A stretch of 64,000 nt of DNA from Ginglymostoma cirratum (Eukaryota), in NCBI GenBank assembly GCA_024137785.1, contig JAHRHZ010000085.1:12621210-12685209 (forward strand). Reading direction: 5' to 3'. The notes below the pieces were generated by a model that saw nothing but the letters and a program-made list of their open reading frames with translations, made no database searches and was not told where the DNA came from. A program made the position numbers and the translations under genes. Of the stretch, positions 59,842 to 64,000 are shown piece by piece. Within the stretch, counting starts at the first letter, position 1; each line of letters opens with the position of its first letter.

Positions 59842-59913
59842 ATTCTGGGTGGAGAGGGCCGTGTGTACAAATGCCTTTTCAACCACAAGTTTGAAGAAGC
59901 CATGAGTGATAAG
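59842..59913 (+). CDS. GLG1: GLG1 coding exon (exon 6 equivalent), 72 nt, ILGGEGRVYKCLFNHKFEEAMSDK
   Basis: Acceptor tgactctatAG, donor AAG|GTAAGT at 59914. Matches recalled GLG1 GEGRVYKCLFNHKFEE. Confidence 0.95.
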
Positions 59914-60829
59914 GTAAGTGACCAGTTTAAGGGGTCCTATCACTGATTTACTGGAATACTGTTGTATCCTGATTTTGTTTTGAAAAATAATTTTACCAAT
60001 TAATTTTTCATTCTACTGAGCAAGTTTATTGTTGCTGGTTCAATGTATTTCGTAGCTCGTTCTGACTGACATATTTTGTATAGATTGCAACCGCTCTTTC
60101 TATACTCTCAGCCCAAATTGGGCATTCTGTTTCTTTGGTTTTGCTGTGCATCTAATGTTTGTGTTTGAATTGTAAAATTCACTGACTGCGTATGTGTCTC
60201 ACTTACCTTTTCAATCCTACCACAGTGAAATCCTTTGCCGTTTTCTTGTTGCACTTTGAAGGTTGTTGTTTGTTTTGTATTTTCTTTGAATGTGTTATTG
60301 AGATGAAATGCATGATCCTTCAGTACTTACCAGGTTGGGTGTACATCTGTGCTATTGACTCAATGATAACTGACGATAAAATTATTTTGTATTGTGCACT
60401 CTGTATTTAGAAAACAAACTTCTGAGTTGGAATAGTCCTTGAGAATAGAATATTCTGTGTTTCTTGGAGAAAGTTGAGCAGTGAAGGTGCCCTGTTTGAA
60501 AGTCAGCAATTACATGGCCAAATTTAGTGTTATTTGTGGGAGTGCCTTGTGCAAGTTTTCCCTCTAACATAGTGGTATTCACTTTTGACTCTCGGCTGGC
60601 TATAATATATCCAATTGCTGTATAAGTTAGTAGCTGCTCTGGATAACTGAATTATTTCTTTTGCTACTTGTCTGCATAATTCTTAAGTGATTGGATTTAT
60701 GCTTAGCCAGATACATCCATATATGCTTCTTTTTTTTTTGTGTACTTAAAGATGTGGGGAATATCTACCAGCTTAGAGTTCTTTGTAGAAATATAGATAA
60801 GGAACCATAGTATAGTGTGTGTGTATGTA

Positions 60830-61042
60830 TATGTTACTATAGTACCTGAAGACCATAGGGTCTACTCTTTCATTAGAAATTACTGGTGGTGTTTTAACCT
60901 GAGGGTCACCACCCCTCAAGCAAAAAGTGAAGTTGATAAGGCAGGACCTTCATGGTGACCTCAACTGAGATGGGAATTGAATCTGCGCTATTGGTATCAC
61001 TCTGTCACAAACCATCCGTCCAGCCAGCTAAGCTAACTGACT
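60830..61042 (-). mobile_element. tRNA-derived SINE (family 4)
   Basis: Reverse head TCAGTTAGCTTAGCTGGCTGG, B-box-like GATTCAATTCCC. Homologous to 25797-26000. Confidence 0.65.
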
Positions 61043-61574
61043 GCAGACCTGAAACTGGAGATTAGCGGCTGTTAATGTTGCAACTGTTACAGAAACATTA
61101 AATTCATACTGTTCTGAATGTGGCCAAGTTGTTAAGGAAATGAATAGCACATGGGCTTCGTTAGTAATGTCTGCATAGTTGCTGCGTGGCACATTTATAT
61201 GTGCCATGTTTTAAATGCTGGGCAGTGTTCCCCCACCGTGACCATTGCTGAAATTCAAACTCCCCAGAATTGTAGAGTTTAGTTGAATGCTTGGTTCAAG
61301 GACAGCGTCAAAGATTAATTTACAAAATAGCAGGCAAATACAGCATGAAAATTTTTATACTTATTATTTGAACTTATGTTAAAGTAGGCATGCATGATTA
61401 AACTTGATTTAAAGCTAGGTATTCCCATCTGTCTTCCTGTCCTGATGCTCAGTACAATCCAGATTTTAAAAGAAAAACTCCCTACCAACAAACCTAGTAT
61501 CTCAGCAGTCCCTTTTGATCCTTTTCTATTCAAGTTTACTTCTACTTAGCTCTATTAATAAAGGTAAGGTACCT

Positions 61575-61934
61575 AGATCATGAGGGGTCAGAGGCATGGC
61601 TAGGCAGCATTTACTGTCCATCCCTAATTGCCCAGAGGGCAATTCAGAGTCAACCACATTTCTGTGGGCCTGGAGTCACAAGTAGGCCAGAACAGGTAAG
61701 GATGGTAGTTTCCTTCCCTAAAGGACATTAGTGAACTAGATTGATTGTTTGTTTGTTTGTTTGTTTTCTTTTTTTCCGGCAATCAATTCATGGTCATCAT
61801 TGGATTCTTAATTCCAGATAATGTATTGAATTCAAATTCCACCATCTGCCATGGCGGGATTCGAACCCGGTTGCCAGAATCCGGGTCTCTGAATTAACAG
61901 TCTAGCGAAAATACCACTGGGCCATTGCCTCCCC
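61575..61934 (-). mobile_element. tRNA-derived SINE (family 2)
   Basis: Reverse B-box GGGTTCGAATCCCGCC. Homologous to 43588-43932, with an internal (TTTG)n expansion. Confidence 0.85.
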
Positions 61935-61999
61935 TGCTCTGACATTCAGTAAAATCCTGACTGATTTGAATGTGTTCCAAATTCCACACTCCCATCTAT

Positions 62000-62600
62000 T
62001 CCTAATTGATTCCTTTGCCAAATAACTTCCACCTTAAAAATATTCAATGACACTACGTCCGCTGCCATGTGAGACAGAGTGCTCCAAAGACACACAATCC
62101 TCTAAGGAAAAGACAAGTCCCCTCATATCTGTCCTAAAAGGGCAACACTAATTTTAAAACAGTGTCCCCTAGTTTTGAACATTGACAAGAGGAAATATCC
62201 TTTCCATGTTCACCTTGTCAAGACCACTCGAGTTCTTACAAACTTCAATCAGATCACCCTTCACTCTTCTAATTAACCAAATCAAACTGAATAGATTCCT
62301 TCTAAGATAACCCACTCATTCCAGGTATTAATCTCCTAAAACTCTTTTGAACTGTCTCCAGAACACTTACCATTGTCCTTAATTAAGGAGACCAAGCTGC
62401 ACACAATATTAGAGATTTGGTCTGAGCAGTACCTTGTACAACTGCAACATACCATCCTCACTCTCATGTTCAATTCCTCTCATAATAAGGGATGGCATTC
62501 CCTTAGCCTTAATCACTGGCTGGACCTGCATGCAAATATGTTATGCCTTTTGCTGTGCACTAAAGCACCTAAATCCCTTTGCACTGCAGAATTCTGCACT
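62000..62600 (-). mobile_element. CR1 3' fragment
   Basis: TTAAGGAGACCAAGCTGCACACAATATT and reverse 3' UTR motifs. Confidence 0.7.
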
Positions 62601-62954
62601 TGTTCAGCCTGTTCGGATGTGTTATGACAGCCTTCAGTGGTAATCACATCCCAGGTGCCAATGTGTCCCAAGACCCCAAGGTGCTAGGTAAAGACTCCTC
62701 TGGGATTTAAACCAAGGACCTCTCAAGTATTGCATACTCCAAAATAATAATACATCTTTATTATCAATCTGCTTGACATGTCATGACACATCTGAGGCAG
62801 GTGGGACTCCACCTTCTGGTTTTAATGTAGTGACACTACCATGTGTCAGAAGACTTCGGCCCTTTGTGCGGTCGAATAAACAATCAATGACCTCCACCTC
62901 TTAATCCTTAAATGTTACAATATAATTGACAGAATATTACCATTGAATGATTTG

Positions 62955-63300
62955 CAAGCAGTGTTCTTTGTATGTGCCCACGATCCTATCTTCTAAGTGG
63001 TAGATGTCACAGGTTAGAAGTTGCTGTCAAAGGACCCTTGGCAAGTTGCTGCGTTCCACTTTGGTAGATACGTAAATGTTTAAGGTAGTGGATAGGGTGC
63101 CAATCAAATGGGCTGGTTTATTTTGGATGTTGTTGAGCTGCTTGAATATTATTGGTATCATGTTCATCCAAGTAGGTGTAGAGTCTTCCATCATACTTCT
63201 AGATGGTGGAATGACTTTGGAAGTTGGGAGGTGAATCACTTACTGTAGACTACTTAGACCCCTGGCCTGCTGTTGCAACCATGTTATTTAAATGGCTGGC
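62955..63300 (-). mobile_element. L2-like LINE fragment
   Basis: ORF 63027..63239 QLNNIQNKPAHLIG parallels IDTIQDKAAHLIG of ORF 29424..29912. Confidence 0.7.
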
Positions 63301-63782
63301 CCATAATGTGAGTTATCCAAGGGCTAAAACAGAACAACAGATCATCAAAAATGCTCAGTATTGCAGGATGCAGGGAGCAATTTTAAAATGAACCAAAGTG
63401 GGACCAAAACACACGCAGTCTGCTGTCCAGTACAAATTGTTTCCAACATCAAAACAAAGCAAAGTGCCAAACACTAATCTGAAACTACCTTGAAGCATTG
63501 CAATAGATTTTAAAGAAATACTGCAATTTTGCAGTAATATATTGCAAGAACCATAAAACTGCAGAAGTAAACCTACTAACCCCATCTGTAGAGTGAGGTA
63601 AGTTTAAGATGAGTCAGTGCTATTAGAAATGTAATTTCCTAATTAACTGAGATCTACAAATCATGCTAAATTGAGCAGCAGGTCACAACTTCATCTTTGT
63701 GAGGTTGTTCAAACATTAACAAATTATTGATGCATTAAGTAATTAATTGTATCAATTCTGTTATGGTAGCTTAATGCTTGTC

Positions 63783-64000
63783 GTAGAGTCATACAACACG
63801 GAATCCGACCCTTCGGTCCAGTCAGTCTATGTCAAACATAATCCCAAACTAAACTAGTCCCACCTGCTTGCTCCTGGCCTATATACCCCCCCAACCAAAC
63901 CTTTCCTTTTCAGGTACTTCTCCAAATGCCTTTTAAACGTTGTAATTGTACCTGCATCCACCACTTCCTCAGGAAGTTCATTCCACATGCGAACCACCCT
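63783..64000 (-). mobile_element. CR1 LINE 3' end, running off the window edge
   Basis: TAGAGTCATACAACACGGAATCCGACCCTTCGG...TCATTCCACA. Confidence 0.8.

Noticed and set aside
1-64000. Prokaryotic systems (CRISPR arrays, retrons, operons, defence islands)
   Set aside because: The sequence is vertebrate intron/exon DNA. There is no regularly spaced repeat-spacer array, and all RT-like ORFs belong to non-LTR or Penelope retroelements.

Overview
Eukaryotic, repeat-rich intronic DNA. It is most likely from a shark or other elasmobranch, inferred from HE1-type tRNA SINEs, CR1 LINEs and Penelope-like elements. The only host gene visible is GLG1 (Golgi apparatus protein 1 / E-selectin ligand 1 / cysteine-rich FGF receptor) on the + strand. 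Five internal coding exons, equivalent to exons 2-6, lie at 33677-33709, 34503-34589, 37016-37231, 52140-52325 and 59842-59913, all with AG/GT boundaries and all phase 0. The first 33.7 kb is the 3' part of a long upstream intron. The rest is layered transposon debris: CR1 LINEs (one young 2.65 kb copy with an open RT ORF), an L2-like LINE family, a Rex/Babar LINE, four tRNA-derived SINE families, Tigger-like DNA elements, a possible solo LTR, and two lineages of Penelope-like elements. The most notable signal is a set of minimal type I hammerhead ribozymes in the Penelope termini: one intact antisense copy and several decayed ones. Also notable are a 16-bp-TSD-flanked inverted Penelope element, a locally templated 113-bp insertion inside a CR1, and candidate splice-regulatory features of GLG1. 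Family assignments and comparisons with human GLG1 come from motif recognition and memory, not database searches. Boundaries of old repeats are approximate. I found no clearly new biological system. The ribozyme/Penelope association is known in other animals.
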